From positions 10,631 through 74,630 of the forward strand of contig DGHQ01000006.1 of assembly GCA_002392915.1 (NCBI GenBank): a stretch of DNA of 64,000 bases, given 5' to 3'. The stretch's first letter is position 1, and the number at the start of each line of letters is the position of its first letter. Position numbers and translations under genes: made by a program. Of this stretch, positions 28,014 through 37,325 are shown one piece after another. A model generated the notes under the pieces. It was not told the DNA's origin and searched no databases. It was given only the letters and a program-made list of their open reading frames with translations. The stretch is from Bacteroidales bacterium UBA3844. Its GTDB lineage: Bacteria > Bacteroidota > Bacteroidia > Bacteroidales > Paludibacteraceae.

Positions 28014-28808
28014 TTATTCCATCTCATTAATAGATTTATGACTTCCTTCTGATCCATTTGCTTTGAACAAGATAGGCAAATAATATCTGCTTCTGACAAT
28101 TTTTCCCTTATTCGTCGCAGGAATCCACTTTGGCATCTTGTTCACAAAATTGATAGCCGCTTCATCCAATGCTGGATGAACACTTCGAACGATATCAACA
28201 TTGGTAATAGAGCCGTCTTTCTCAACAACAAAGCCTACAATCACTCGTCCCTGAACACCCCCATCACTAGGATAAACTAAATTATTCTTAATAAATGTCA
28301 TAAGCGAGTCTTTCCCTTGAGGATATTGAGCTTTTTGATCTACTATTGAAAAAATCGCCGTATCTTCTCGTGCTTCATCTATTGCATCCCAGGAATCCAT
28401 TTCCTCTTTAGACGGGTGATACCCAGGACATACAACAATTGGTGGCGGAGGTGTATCTATAGGTTCACTTGTTTCTTCAAGTGATGAATCTGCGGAAACA
28501 GGAATCAATTCTGTTGTGTCAACGGTATTGTTTTCAACAGATGGCTGTGGCTGAGGTTGTTGAGCATCATTACACGCCGACAACGACATCACCGTCGCCA
28601 AACCAACAATCTTCACAGCTTTGCCAGCCATCTTGCGTATATTCAGCTGATCTTCTATATAACGTATCTCCGACTCACATGTAGGACATGTGCCAAGACA
28701 ATCTTCCTCAAGTGCACATTTAATAGGTGCATACGGGATATCATTGGCATCAGCGATTTGCTTACGGATTGCTTTCAATGTCTCACATATTGGTTTTCCT
28801 TGGTTCAT
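28014..28808 (-). CDS. TonB C-terminal domain protein with Cys-rich N-terminal module (paralog 2)
   Basis: 264 aa with the same N-module and TM, a Pro/Gln-rich linker (QQPQPQPS, PPPPIVV), and one TonB-C domain. Confidence 0.75.
   Translation of the reverse strand: MNQGKPICETLKAIRKQIADANDIPYAPIKCALEEDCLGTCPTCESEIRYIEDQLNIRKMAGKAVKIVGLATVMSLSACNDAQQPQPQPSVENNTVDTTELIPVSADSSLEETSEPIDTPPPPIVVCPGYHPSKEEMDSWDAIDEAREDTAIFSIVDQKAQYPQGKDSLMTFIKNNLVYPSDGGVQGRVIVGFVVEKDGSITNVDIVRSVHPALDEAAINFVNKMPKWIPATNKGKIVRSRYYLPILFKANGSEGSHKSINEME
28569..28808 (-). repeat. paralogous N-terminal module, copy 2
   Basis: Same conserved ~80-codon block as at 27733-27993 and 29785-30024. Confidence 0.6.
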
Positions 28809-28848
28809 AATTTTTTTATTTTCGTGGATTATCTACGATTCATCTATA

Positions 28849-30024
28849 TCACTCATCTAACTTGAAAAGAACAGGCAAATTAAACTTTGAACTAACTACC
28901 GTATCCCTGATTGTTGCAGGCTTCCATTTCGGCATCTTTTTAACGACACGAAACGCCTCTTCTTTTAATAATTGATTATCACAAGAAGAATGTATATTTG
29001 ACAAAGCCCCATCTTTTTCTACAACAAACTCCACATTAACACTATAATATTTGCCAGTATCCAGAGGTGTATCATCAGCATAGATAGTATTACCAACTTC
29101 TTTTCTTAAATCACTGCAAATCCAAAATCTACCACCATCAAAATCATACTGATTATCATATAAATAATAAGAGTCCAGTGCTTCCAAATCAGATTTTGAG
29201 TAGACCAAATTTTCTTTTAAAAAATCAAACAATGCCTTTTTTCCACCAGGAAATTCTGGTTGCTTCTCTACTCTTACAAAATACAAATCTCGATCGTCTG
29301 GAATATTGATATTGTAATGATCAAACGTTTTTCGAGGGACAAAAAATCCTAATGATTCATACCTGAAAAATATTGGCACATGGAACTTTGAACATACAGG
29401 CTTGCCATTACACATTGCAGGTTTCCACTTCTCCATTCCCTTCACCACACGAACAGCCTCTTCGTCTAAACATGGATATAGAGTTTTTTTAACCGCAACA
29501 TTTGAAATTGATCCATCTTTCTCAACAATAAAAGAAATCGTGGCCGTACCTTCAATTCCTTCAACCATTGCGGCTTCTTTATAATGTACATTAAATATAA
29601 AATAAAATGCCAGACTATCTGGAGCTACAGCATGTTCCAATGTATCAAACAGATCATTATAATCAGCACATATTTCATCCTCTACAGGAATAAACGGAGT
29701 TTCCCCCTCTCTGTCTCCGATATAGTCATAAACTATTTCTTTTTGATTTAATTCATCAGGAAGTATTGAAACACTATCTGTAATATTACACGCAGACATA
29801 GACATCACCGTCGCCAAACCAACAATTTTCACAGCTTTGCCAGCCATTTTGCGTATATTCAGCTGATTCTCAATATATCGCATCTCAGATTCGCACGCAG
29901 GACATGTGCCCATACAATCGCCTTTGTGTGTACACACTACTGGCTCGTATGGGATCTCATTCGCATCCGCAATCTTCTTACGTATCGCTTTCAATGTCTC
30001 ACATTTATGTTTTCCTTGGTACAT
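28849..30024 (-). CDS. TonB C-terminal domain protein with Cys-rich N-terminal module (paralog 3, two TonB-C-like domains)
   Basis: 391 aa with the same N-module and TM, then two TonB-C-like units (..ISFIVEKDGSISNVAVKK..MEKWKPA.. and ..PEFPGGKKALFDFLKENLVY..VEFVVEKDGALSNI..MPKWKPA..). Confidence 0.7.
   Translation of the reverse strand: MYQGKHKCETLKAIRKKIADANEIPYEPVVCTHKGDCMGTCPACESEMRYIENQLNIRKMAGKAVKIVGLATVMSMSACNITDSVSILPDELNQKEIVYDYIGDREGETPFIPVEDEICADYNDLFDTLEHAVAPDSLAFYFIFNVHYKEAAMVEGIEGTATISFIVEKDGSISNVAVKKTLYPCLDEEAVRVVKGMEKWKPAMCNGKPVCSKFHVPIFFRYESLGFFVPRKTFDHYNINIPDDRDLYFVRVEKQPEFPGGKKALFDFLKENLVYSKSDLEALDSYYLYDNQYDFDGGRFWICSDLRKEVGNTIYADDTPLDTGKYYSVNVEFVVEKDGALSNIHSSCDNQLLKEEAFRVVKKMPKWKPATIRDTVVSSKFNLPVLFKLDE
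29785..30024 (-). repeat. paralogous N-terminal module, copy 3
   Basis: Same conserved block. Long identical runs with copy 1 include ttgcgtatattcagctgattctcaatatatcgcatctcagattc. Confidence 0.6.
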
Positions 30025-30142
30025 AGGCTTCAGTTATCACATCCGACATTAATATTGCAAAAATAGGATTATTGATGAATTATGAAAACTTTTTACTGAT
30101 AATATGATGATGCAAATAAAGATAGTTCGTCATATAAAAAAA

Positions 30143-30167
30143 GGAGACGCTGCATAGCAACGTCTCC
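30143..30167 (-). terminator. rho-independent terminator of guaB
   Basis: GGAGACG-cTGCataGCAa-CGTCTCC, followed on the minus strand by a T-run (reverse complement of cataaaaaaa). Confidence 0.65.
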
Positions 30168-30204
30168 AATTATTAATTCTAAACTCTTAATTCTTAATTA
30201 AGAA

Positions 30205-31701
30205 TTACTGCTGTGTCTCTTTCAAGATAACATCGTGCGCACCACCCTCGATGATTGATGTAGACGACACAAGTGTGATCTTTGCATTCTTCTGTAGCTC
30301 TGGGATTGTGATTGCTCCACATGAACACATTGTTGCGATTATCTTACCTAGAGTGACACGCAAATTGTCTTTCATCTTACCTGCGTATGGAACGTAGCTG
30401 TCGACACCTTCCTCAAACTTAAGTGCTGCTGCACCTCCCATATCGTAACGCTGCCAGTTCTTAGCTCGGTTTGAACCCTCACCCCAGTACTCCTTTACAA
30501 TACGATTGCCGATTGTAAGTTTCTTTGTTGGAGACTCGTCAAAACGCGCGAAGTAACGACCCATCATCAAGAAGTCTGCTCCCATTGCTAGGGCTAGAAC
30601 CATGTGATAATCATGCACTAGACCACCGTCTGAACAAACTGGGACATAAATACCTGTCTCCTTGAAATACTCGTCACGAGCACGGCAAACATCGATAAGC
30701 GCTGTTGCTTGGCCACGACCAATACCCTTCTGCTCACGTGTGATACAGATTGAACCACCACCGATACCAACTTTGATAAAGTCTGCACCTGCTTCAACCA
30801 AATATCTGAAGCCTTCTGCGTCTACTACGTTTCCAGCACCTACTTTTACTGAATCTCCGTACTGAGAACGAATCCATGCGATTGTATCTTTCTGCCACTC
30901 TGAGAATCCATCTGATGAGTCGATACAAAGGACATCTGCTCCAGCCTCTACCAATGCTGGCACTCTCTCTTTGTAATCACGAGAGTTGATACCTGCTCCG
31001 ACAAGAAGCTTCTTGTCGCCATCCGACAACTCGTTTGGATTTTCACGATGAGAATCATAATCCTTTCTGAAAACGAAATACATAAGTTTCTGATTATCAT
31101 CGATAATTGGCAATGTATTCAATTTCTGCTCCCAAATGATCTTGTTTGCCTCAGAAAGTGTCATTCCATACTTTCCTACAACCAACTTCTCAAATGGAGT
31201 CATATAATTTTTCACTGGATTTGAAAGATCTTCCTTATCAGCGCGATAATCGCGGCTTGTAAGGATTCCAAGCAACTGTCCGTTTGGTGTACCGTCGCTT
31301 GTCACACCAATTGTTGAGTGACCTGTTGTCTCGATCAATGCCAAAGCGTCAGCAAGTGTGCTGTCTGGCTTTAGGTTAGAATCCGACACTACAAAACCTG
31401 CCTTGAAATTCTTCACCTTTCTTACCATATCAGCCTGAGATGCGATTGGCTGTGAACCAAATATAAACGATAGTCCACCATTGTGAGCCAACTCAATCGC
31501 CAATCCTGAATCAGATACGGCCTGCATAATAGCTGACACGAAAGGGATGTTAAGAGTAATCTTTGATGTCTCCCCCTTCTTGAATTTTACTAATGGTGTC
31601 TTCAAAGACACATTTGTAGGCAGACACTCCTTTGTCGTAAGTCCTGGTATCAATAGGTACTCACCGAATGTTCTGCTGACTTCATTTACAAATATTGCCA
31701 T
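30205..31701 (-). CDS. guaB: IMP dehydrogenase
   Basis: 498 aa with a TIM barrel plus CBS pair and the catalytic loop [24 protein letters not shown]. Confidence 0.9.
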   Translation of the reverse strand: MAIFVNEVSRTFGEYLLIPGLTTKECLPTNVSLKTPLVKFKKGETSKITLNIPFVSAIMQAVSDSGLAIELAHNGGLSFIFGSQPIASQADMVRKVKNFKAGFVVSDSNLKPDSTLADALALIETTGHSTIGVTSDGTPNGQLLGILTSRDYRADKEDLSNPVKNYMTPFEKLVVGKYGMTLSEANKIIWEQKLNTLPIIDDNQKLMYFVFRKDYDSHRENPNELSDGDKKLLVGAGINSRDYKERVPALVEAGADVLCIDSSDGFSEWQKDTIAWIRSQYGDSVKVGAGNVVDAEGFRYLVEAGADFIKVGIGGGSICITREQKGIGRGQATALIDVCRARDEYFKETGIYVPVCSDGGLVHDYHMVLALAMGADFLMMGRYFARFDESPTKKLTIGNRIVKEYWGEGSNRAKNWQRYDMGGAAALKFEEGVDSYVPYAGKMKDNLRVTLGKIIATMCSCGAITIPELQKNAKITLVSSTSIIEGGAHDVILKETQQ

Positions 31702-31782
31702 CGTTATATACTTTTATCTTATTTCTCTAAACATTTTGGCAAAGGTAATGCTTTTTAACAACTTTTAAGCATTTTTCCGCCG

Positions 31783-32550
31783 TTAATTGCTGTAAAAATG
31801 TGACACTGGAAGCATAAACTTCAAAACCAACGCCAAATTCTGCGTGCTGGCTCTTTGAAAAAGTTCCATCTTTCCACACTCATACAAATCATGTGTACCG
31901 TAATTCCAACGTATCTCCAACATCGGATGTACCTTTTCCAAATGCAAATCAAAACCTACAGCCGCACATAGCGAAAGGTCAAATTTGCTGGTCTCTATAT
32001 CCGGATTGACGCGGGGGTCTCTTAACGTCAGCGTCTGCTTCTGCAATTCTGTGACGACTGTTTCATCTTTCTCCTTTATCAAGAAACTGACTTGTGGTCC
32101 GAAATTGACGTAGGCTCTTGCCTTTCTGCCAAAATATATATGTGCAAGCAAAGGAATGTCGATATATGTCAACTCTCGGTCCAAATCCACACCGTTGAAA
32201 TCGACTTCATCCGTGCCGACCAGTCTTTCTGTCTGTCCATTTCTTGCCCTGAACTGCTCACACCAACCTTTTTGTGTAAGATTGCATTCCAAAAACACTC
32301 CGAAATGGTTCTGGGCAATATAAAGAGCATTCACTCCTGCTGTCATACCACGTTGATTGAAAAGAGACTGGTCTCCTATCATGCTGGTGTATGAAGTGTT
32401 GTTGTGCAGGAATCTCACTTGCGACATATTCACACCACCCGACACACCGACCGCAACCTCCTGTTCGAAACTGCGTCTCTCCTGTGCCGACGTCGCGCAC
32501 ACACACGTCGCAGCAAGCAATGATGAAACTATGATTTTGGCTACTCTCAT
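31783..32550 (-). CDS. outer-membrane beta-barrel protein (porin family)
   Basis: 255 aa with signal peptide MRVAKIIVSSLLAATCVCATSAQE and an alternating-strand pattern. Confidence 0.55.
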   Translation of the reverse strand: MRVAKIIVSSLLAATCVCATSAQERRSFEQEVAVGVSGGVNMSQVRFLHNNTSYTSMIGDQSLFNQRGMTAGVNALYIAQNHFGVFLECNLTQKGWCEQFRARNGQTERLVGTDEVDFNGVDLDRELTYIDIPLLAHIYFGRKARAYVNFGPQVSFLIKEKDETVVTELQKQTLTLRDPRVNPDIETSKFDLSLCAAVGFDLHLEKVHPMLEIRWNYGTHDLYECGKMELFQRASTQNLALVLKFMLPVSHFYSN

Positions 32551-32553
32551 ATT

Positions 32554-34791
32554 TTATTTGGCAAACATTTTGCAGCCGTTAGTCTCGCTGTTCTCTATGA
32601 TGAAATGACGTGAATTGATAAATCCTCCCGTCTCTCCCACTCTGTTGAATTTGAAATCAGATTGCAATGTAGACGGTGCGATCTTGTCCAACGCCCACTC
32701 GAAATCGTGTCCATATTTCTGCATCGACTCACAGAAATACATCATCATATCGTATCCGAGGATAGCGTACATAGGATGCGAATTCGTAGGCTCAGCATTG
32801 TAATATGAACGATATTTTTTCAAGAATTTGATTGTTTCCTCGCTCTTGAAATCGATAAAGAACGGTGATGTAAAATATGTGTCGTAATGGAACAACTCCT
32901 TGCTGATACTGTTGTAGTTCTGCCATTCATTAAAGCCAAACACTGCAATTTCAGTATCTTTAGCCTTCAACATGTTGATAATAGGAAGAATCTGATTCAA
33001 CGCCACCTGGTTTGTTGTGACTGGGAATATCAAATTCTTTTTCTTCTTATCTACCGTCTTCTTCAACTCTGTATAATTAGAGAATACAACATCCTTATTC
33101 TTGACTCCCATCGCATCTAGAGTGAACTTCAATGTATCTGCCCACACTGCCTTGTCATTATATTTAGGATCAGAGAACGACACAATAACCACATTGTAGT
33201 CCTTGAAATTCTGGGCAATCTGCAAAGCCACGTCGGCCGCGCTTTCATTCTGAGGTGCGTTAATCTGGAAAATACTTGAATTACTCTTTACCTCATCTGA
33301 TTTAGAAGTGAACGGAATAACAAGCTTCACATTGTTTGCCAATGCGAAATCCGCCATGGTCTTGATCTGCGACTGATATGCAGGTCCGATGATGAAATCC
33401 ATACTCTTCAGCTCGTTATATGACACAAGTGTCTGAGCCTCCGCATCAGTCTTTCCTGAATCATAAACACGAAGATTGATGTTCAAACCTGTTTTACGCA
33501 ATGTGTCTGCGGCAAGAAGCATACCATTATAGAATTCTATAAACTTCTCAGTGTTTGCATCTATCTTGCTGGTTTCAGTCACTTTAGCAAAATTCCAAGG
33601 CAATGCGAGAGCACATTCGATTGAAGTCTTAGGTTCTGAATTAAACACTTTTTCAAGCGATGTGCTGATTGAATCCGCAGTATTAATCTCGGCTACTTCT
33701 GTTGCATTCAATGGAATTCTCAATATCTTGCCTGCCATCAAACCGTTAGCAACATCTGGATTTGCTTTAATCAAATCCTCCTGAGTGATCTGATACTGTT
33801 TGCAGATTCCGAATATAGTCTCCTCTTGCTTGACAATATGGATCTTATGCGACGGTGCCTGATTCTGCTCCGGTTCGACGAATGAATTGCTCTGGAACAC
33901 AGGAGGAATGATAAGCATCTTACCCTCCTGAAGTTCTGTATCTATTCCTGGATTTCTCGACACCAAAGCATCCTGGCTGATGCCATATTGTTTGGAGATG
34001 CTGTAGACTGTCTCTCCCTTCTTAACAATATGAGTCTTTAACTCACTCTTCTTAGTAGTGTTTTCTACAGGAGCGGAAGTGTTAGCGTAAGTAGGCGGGA
34101 TAATAAGAATCTGTCCAATCTTCACACCTTCCTTAGCATCAGGATTAAGTTTCACAATCTCATCCGCAGCCACGTTGTGCTGTTTGCTGATACTGTAAAG
34201 GGTCTCACCCTTCTTCACTTCATGAGCTGTGAAGTTGGGGCGTTTTGCCTCTGTATTAGCTGTCGATGGAGCTGGAGTTGTAGCAGGTGTAGTCTGTGCT
34301 TTATCGGCAGGTTTGGTCACTACAGGAGCAGGTGTATTCTTAACTGGTTCGGAAGCCTCCTTTTCTGCTTTGTTTCGACGAGCGACTAACTCCTTCTTCT
34401 GTGGAATACGAATATTTGTTCCTTCGATCAAACCACGCGTCTTCAATGAAGGGTTTGCCTCATAAAGGTCATCATAAGTCAAACCGTATTTCTGCTTAAG
34501 TGAAAACAGAGTCTCACTCTTCTGCACTTTATGCATCACACCCTGAGTATTCTTCTTTGGAATAAGCAAATGCTCGCCCTCCTTCAGACCATTCTTAGTC
34601 TGAGGGTTAGCCTCTTGTATCTCAGCTTGAGTAACACCGAACTTCTTGGAAATCGAATAGAAACCTTCGCTCTTTGCCACCGAATATTCATAATATGGTT
34701 TGCCCCCTACGATCTTAGTCGGATATTCTCCAGCCAACACCATAGAGACAGACAATGATGCAAGTATGCTCGCAAAAATTCTTCCAGTCAT
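32554..34791 (-). CDS. LysM-repeat protein fused to a periplasmic-binding-protein (type 1, ANF/Leu-binding-like) domain
   Basis: 745 aa with five LysM units (e.g. HKVQKSETLFSLKQKYGLTYDDLYEANP, HEVKKGETLYSISKQHNVAADEIVKLNP). A ~370-aa PBP-like C-domain follows. Confidence 0.75.
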   Translation of the reverse strand: MTGRIFASILASLSVSMVLAGEYPTKIVGGKPYYEYSVAKSEGFYSISKKFGVTQAEIQEANPQTKNGLKEGEHLLIPKKNTQGVMHKVQKSETLFSLKQKYGLTYDDLYEANPSLKTRGLIEGTNIRIPQKKELVARRNKAEKEASEPVKNTPAPVVTKPADKAQTTPATTPAPSTANTEAKRPNFTAHEVKKGETLYSISKQHNVAADEIVKLNPDAKEGVKIGQILIIPPTYANTSAPVENTTKKSELKTHIVKKGETVYSISKQYGISQDALVSRNPGIDTELQEGKMLIIPPVFQSNSFVEPEQNQAPSHKIHIVKQEETIFGICKQYQITQEDLIKANPDVANGLMAGKILRIPLNATEVAEINTADSISTSLEKVFNSEPKTSIECALALPWNFAKVTETSKIDANTEKFIEFYNGMLLAADTLRKTGLNINLRVYDSGKTDAEAQTLVSYNELKSMDFIIGPAYQSQIKTMADFALANNVKLVIPFTSKSDEVKSNSSIFQINAPQNESAADVALQIAQNFKDYNVVIVSFSDPKYNDKAVWADTLKFTLDAMGVKNKDVVFSNYTELKKTVDKKKKNLIFPVTTNQVALNQILPIINMLKAKDTEIAVFGFNEWQNYNSISKELFHYDTYFTSPFFIDFKSEETIKFLKKYRSYYNAEPTNSHPMYAILGYDMMMYFCESMQKYGHDFEWALDKIAPSTLQSDFKFNRVGETGGFINSRHFIIENSETNGCKMFAK

Positions 34792-35246
34792 ATAAATACA
34801 AGTTTATATTTTCGCAAAATTAGCAAAAAGTTTTGAAAATGCGAAATGCAGAATGGAAAATGAAAAATCGATGTACACTTCTTTTTCTTAATGACTAGTT
34901 GAAGTGTCAGCACCTGTTATTCCTGCTTTCGTGTAACAAAATGGGTATATACTACAGCTGTCACAATAACTTTTTATTTTCTTACAAAACAATAAATTCA
35001 AACAATCTTCGTTTCATATCATGAAAAGAGACTAAAATAGGTTCTATGAAAAAAAAATTACACTTTATTGAAAGTGTTGTGAGAGTTAGTTTTTAGAGGA
35101 TATAAACAAATAGGGGAATTATAATAGACGCGTCACCATCCTATATAATTATAAATTCTGACAACTCCACTGTCACGCAATCCACACTTTCTGATTATTA
35201 ATTAAATTATGTCTGTATGGGATTGCAACAGACAAGCGAGAAAACT

Positions 35247-35455
35247 ATGAAAAAAACATTTTTATTTGGGGCATATTTTGTGTCCTATCAGCAGTTTTGT
35301 TTTCATCATGTGACAAAGAAGATGAAATCGACAATGGCATACAAGGAGCTGTAGTCAAAAATCAAAAGCATCTCGTATCTTCAACGTTTTATTCGACAGA
35401 CGAATTGACAAACACAACGTACATAATTTTACAGAAGGGAAACCATCAAAAATAA
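35247..35455 (+). pseudogene. small lipoprotein gene out of frame at an A7 tract (phase-variable, a pseudogene, or a homopolymer error)
   Basis: With the A7 tract as given, ATG at 35247 yields a 35-codon ORF. With A8 it reads MKKNIFIWGIFCVLSAVLFSSCDKEDEIDNG...QKGNHQK* (70 aa, good lipobox), ending at TAA 35453-35455. The lipoprotein frame has no ATG of its own. Confidence 0.45.
35250..35256 (+). repeat. homopolymeric A7 tract immediately after the start codon
   Basis: The sequence read directly is atg aaaaaaa c. Confidence 0.9.
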
Positions 35456-35667
35456 TAAGCACCCAAGAATTTATTTGGAAGTAGTCCAAACTTAATGCAC
35501 AAGAGCTCGGTATTATCACCGGGCTCTTACTATCAAGCAATTCATCACTTGTCTTAATATTCTATCAATCAACAAAATCTACACTTTTTCAAAAAAAATA
35601 TCCTTTTTATGTTGTCATATCAACAAAAAGCACTAATTTTGCATTCGCAAATGAGAAATATTGCAAT

Positions 35668-35742
35668 CGAGATGTAGCGCAGTCCGGTTAGCGCATCTGG
35701 TTTGGGACCAGAGGGTCGGGGGTTCGAATCCCTTCATCTCGA
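35668..35742 (+). tRNA. tRNA-Pro: tRNA-Pro (anticodon UGG)
   Basis: Cloverleaf folded by hand. Acceptor CGAGATG/CATCTCG, D-stem GCGC/GCGC, anticodon stem TCTGG/CCAGA with loop TT-TGG-GA. T-arm GGGGG-TTCGAAT-CCCTT, discriminator A. No CCA is encoded. Confidence 0.9.
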
Positions 35743-35747
35743 CAAAA

Positions 35748-35776
35748 GGAGAATCAATTTGGTTCTCCTTTTTTTT
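35748..35776 (+). terminator. rho-independent terminator of tRNA-Pro
   Basis: GGAGAA...TTCTCC hairpin followed by T8. Confidence 0.6.
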
Positions 35777-35928
35777 GACACTATAGCGATTCGTTTTGCA
35801 AAGAATTCCAACGAAAATAACATTCCACGGTTCGGATTACCAACCGTGGAATGCTGATACCCAGGCCAATGTTGGCTTAATGTCGAAGACATTTGAGCTA
35901 CGTGACCGATGATTCGAACACAAAAAAA

Positions 35929-35956
35929 GAGAGACGTCGCATCCGCAACGTCTCTC
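35929..35956 (-). terminator. rho-independent terminator of the TPR gene
   Basis: GAGAGACGT-cGCatccGCa-ACGTCTCTC, followed on the minus strand by T7 (reverse complement of caaaaaaa). Confidence 0.65.
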
Positions 35957-35980
35957 AAAACATTTCAAATAAAACCTATA

Positions 35981-37189
35981 TTATAGGTTGCTAATTTCTT
36001 TCTGAATAGCGTCAGCTTTAGCACCCTGGTTTAGCTGCATATATACGCTACGAAGCATCTGCAAGTTACCAATATTCTTAGCATCGATCGCACGAGCCTT
36101 CTCCAATGGTTCTACAGCCTTCTGGAACTCAGCCTTTGCTGTCTTTACAGCAGCGTCATATTTAGCCTTCTGCTTTACAGGAATCTTGCCAGCCTCATTG
36201 TAAAGATCCTGTCCTTTCATCATGTAGACAGCACCGATGCCAGAATAAGCCTCGAAGTTGTTTGCATCTACTGTAAGAGCGGAATTGAATGCACTGATTG
36301 CCTTGTCATACTCTTTAGCCTGCATCAAAGAGTTACCCTTTACAACATGATACTGAACCTCCTTAGGATTCTTTGCGATTGCCTCATCAAGATACTTCAC
36401 TGCCTCATCCACTTTCTTAGTCGAAATGTAGTAGTTGATAAGAGAGCCAAACAAGAACTTGTTGTTAGGATCCTTTGCTATACCCTCCTTCAATGTGTTT
36501 ACAGCCTTAACGGTATCTCCATTAGCGATATAAGACTGGTATAGCCAATCATACATCTTTGAGGCCTCCTTATGGTCGACATTCTTGAAATCCTCCATCA
36601 TTGTGATAGCTTCTTTCTTTTTCAAATCCTCATCAAGCAAAGCTGCGTTGATTGTGAAGAAATAAATGTCGTTGTAAATGGAATCCTTTGGAGTTCCTGC
36701 CATTGCTGGTGAATTAGGGATCTCCATATACTTTGTCCACAAAGCGACAGCACCCTTATAATCCTGTGAAGTGTAGCAATTGTTACCCTCACCGATCAAA
36801 TACTCCTGCAATTTGCTAAGTTTGCTCTTAATCTCCTTTGTGTAAGTAGGCTTAACCTTACCTTTCTCATTTGGTTTCTGATCCAAATCCCAAGCCTTGA
36901 AGTAAGCGTCAGTTGCCTTTAGCAAATTGTCTTTTACTCCCTGTGGATCTTTCTTGCCGTTCTTAGCAATATCCTCGTAAGTCAAAAAATATGTCTTACC
37001 TGCCAAGTTGAATGTTTTTGCCTGATTTGCAGTCTCAGGGTGTGTCATCGCAGGCTCAATGTTCTTTTTAGCCTCTGCCAAATCCATTGGCTCATACAAA
37101 GCGTTATCAGTCGCTTTTAGGTTTGCTTTCTGTGCGAATGCGCTCATTGATAGAGCCACCATCGCTGCCGCAATTGAATATTTCTTCAT
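35981..37189 (-). CDS. tetratricopeptide-repeat (TPR) protein, secreted
   Basis: 402 aa with signal peptide MKKYSIAAAMVALSMSAFAQ and multiple TPR-like A/Y/L-patterned helices (..AVKYLDEAIAKNPKEVQYHVVKGNSLMQAKEYDKAISAFNSALTVD..). Confidence 0.7.
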   Translation of the reverse strand: MKKYSIAAAMVALSMSAFAQKANLKATDNALYEPMDLAEAKKNIEPAMTHPETANQAKTFNLAGKTYFLTYEDIAKNGKKDPQGVKDNLLKATDAYFKAWDLDQKPNEKGKVKPTYTKEIKSKLSKLQEYLIGEGNNCYTSQDYKGAVALWTKYMEIPNSPAMAGTPKDSIYNDIYFFTINAALLDEDLKKKEAITMMEDFKNVDHKEASKMYDWLYQSYIANGDTVKAVNTLKEGIAKDPNNKFLFGSLINYYISTKKVDEAVKYLDEAIAKNPKEVQYHVVKGNSLMQAKEYDKAISAFNSALTVDANNFEAYSGIGAVYMMKGQDLYNEAGKIPVKQKAKYDAAVKTAKAEFQKAVEPLEKARAIDAKNIGNLQMLRSVYMQLNQGAKADAIQKEISNL

Positions 37190-37297
37190 TTTTCCTTTAA
37201 TAAATTATCAATTAAACTTTGCAAAGTTATTGCTATTTTACGACTTTGCATAAATTTTTTTAATGTTATGTGGCAACAAATCTAAATTGTAATATGA

Positions 37298-37317
37298 GGC
37301 AGGCATAAAAGCCTGCC
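37298..37317 (-). terminator. hairpin after gyrA (weak terminator call)
   Basis: GGCAGGC-ataaaa-GCCTGCC, 9 nt past the gyrA stop. No clear T-run follows on the minus strand. Confidence 0.4.
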
Positions 37318-37325
37318 ACTACAAA

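Noticed and set aside
35734-35958. 74-aa minus-strand ORF
   Set aside because: It overlaps the tRNA-Pro 3' end and two terminator hairpins. It is most likely non-coding.
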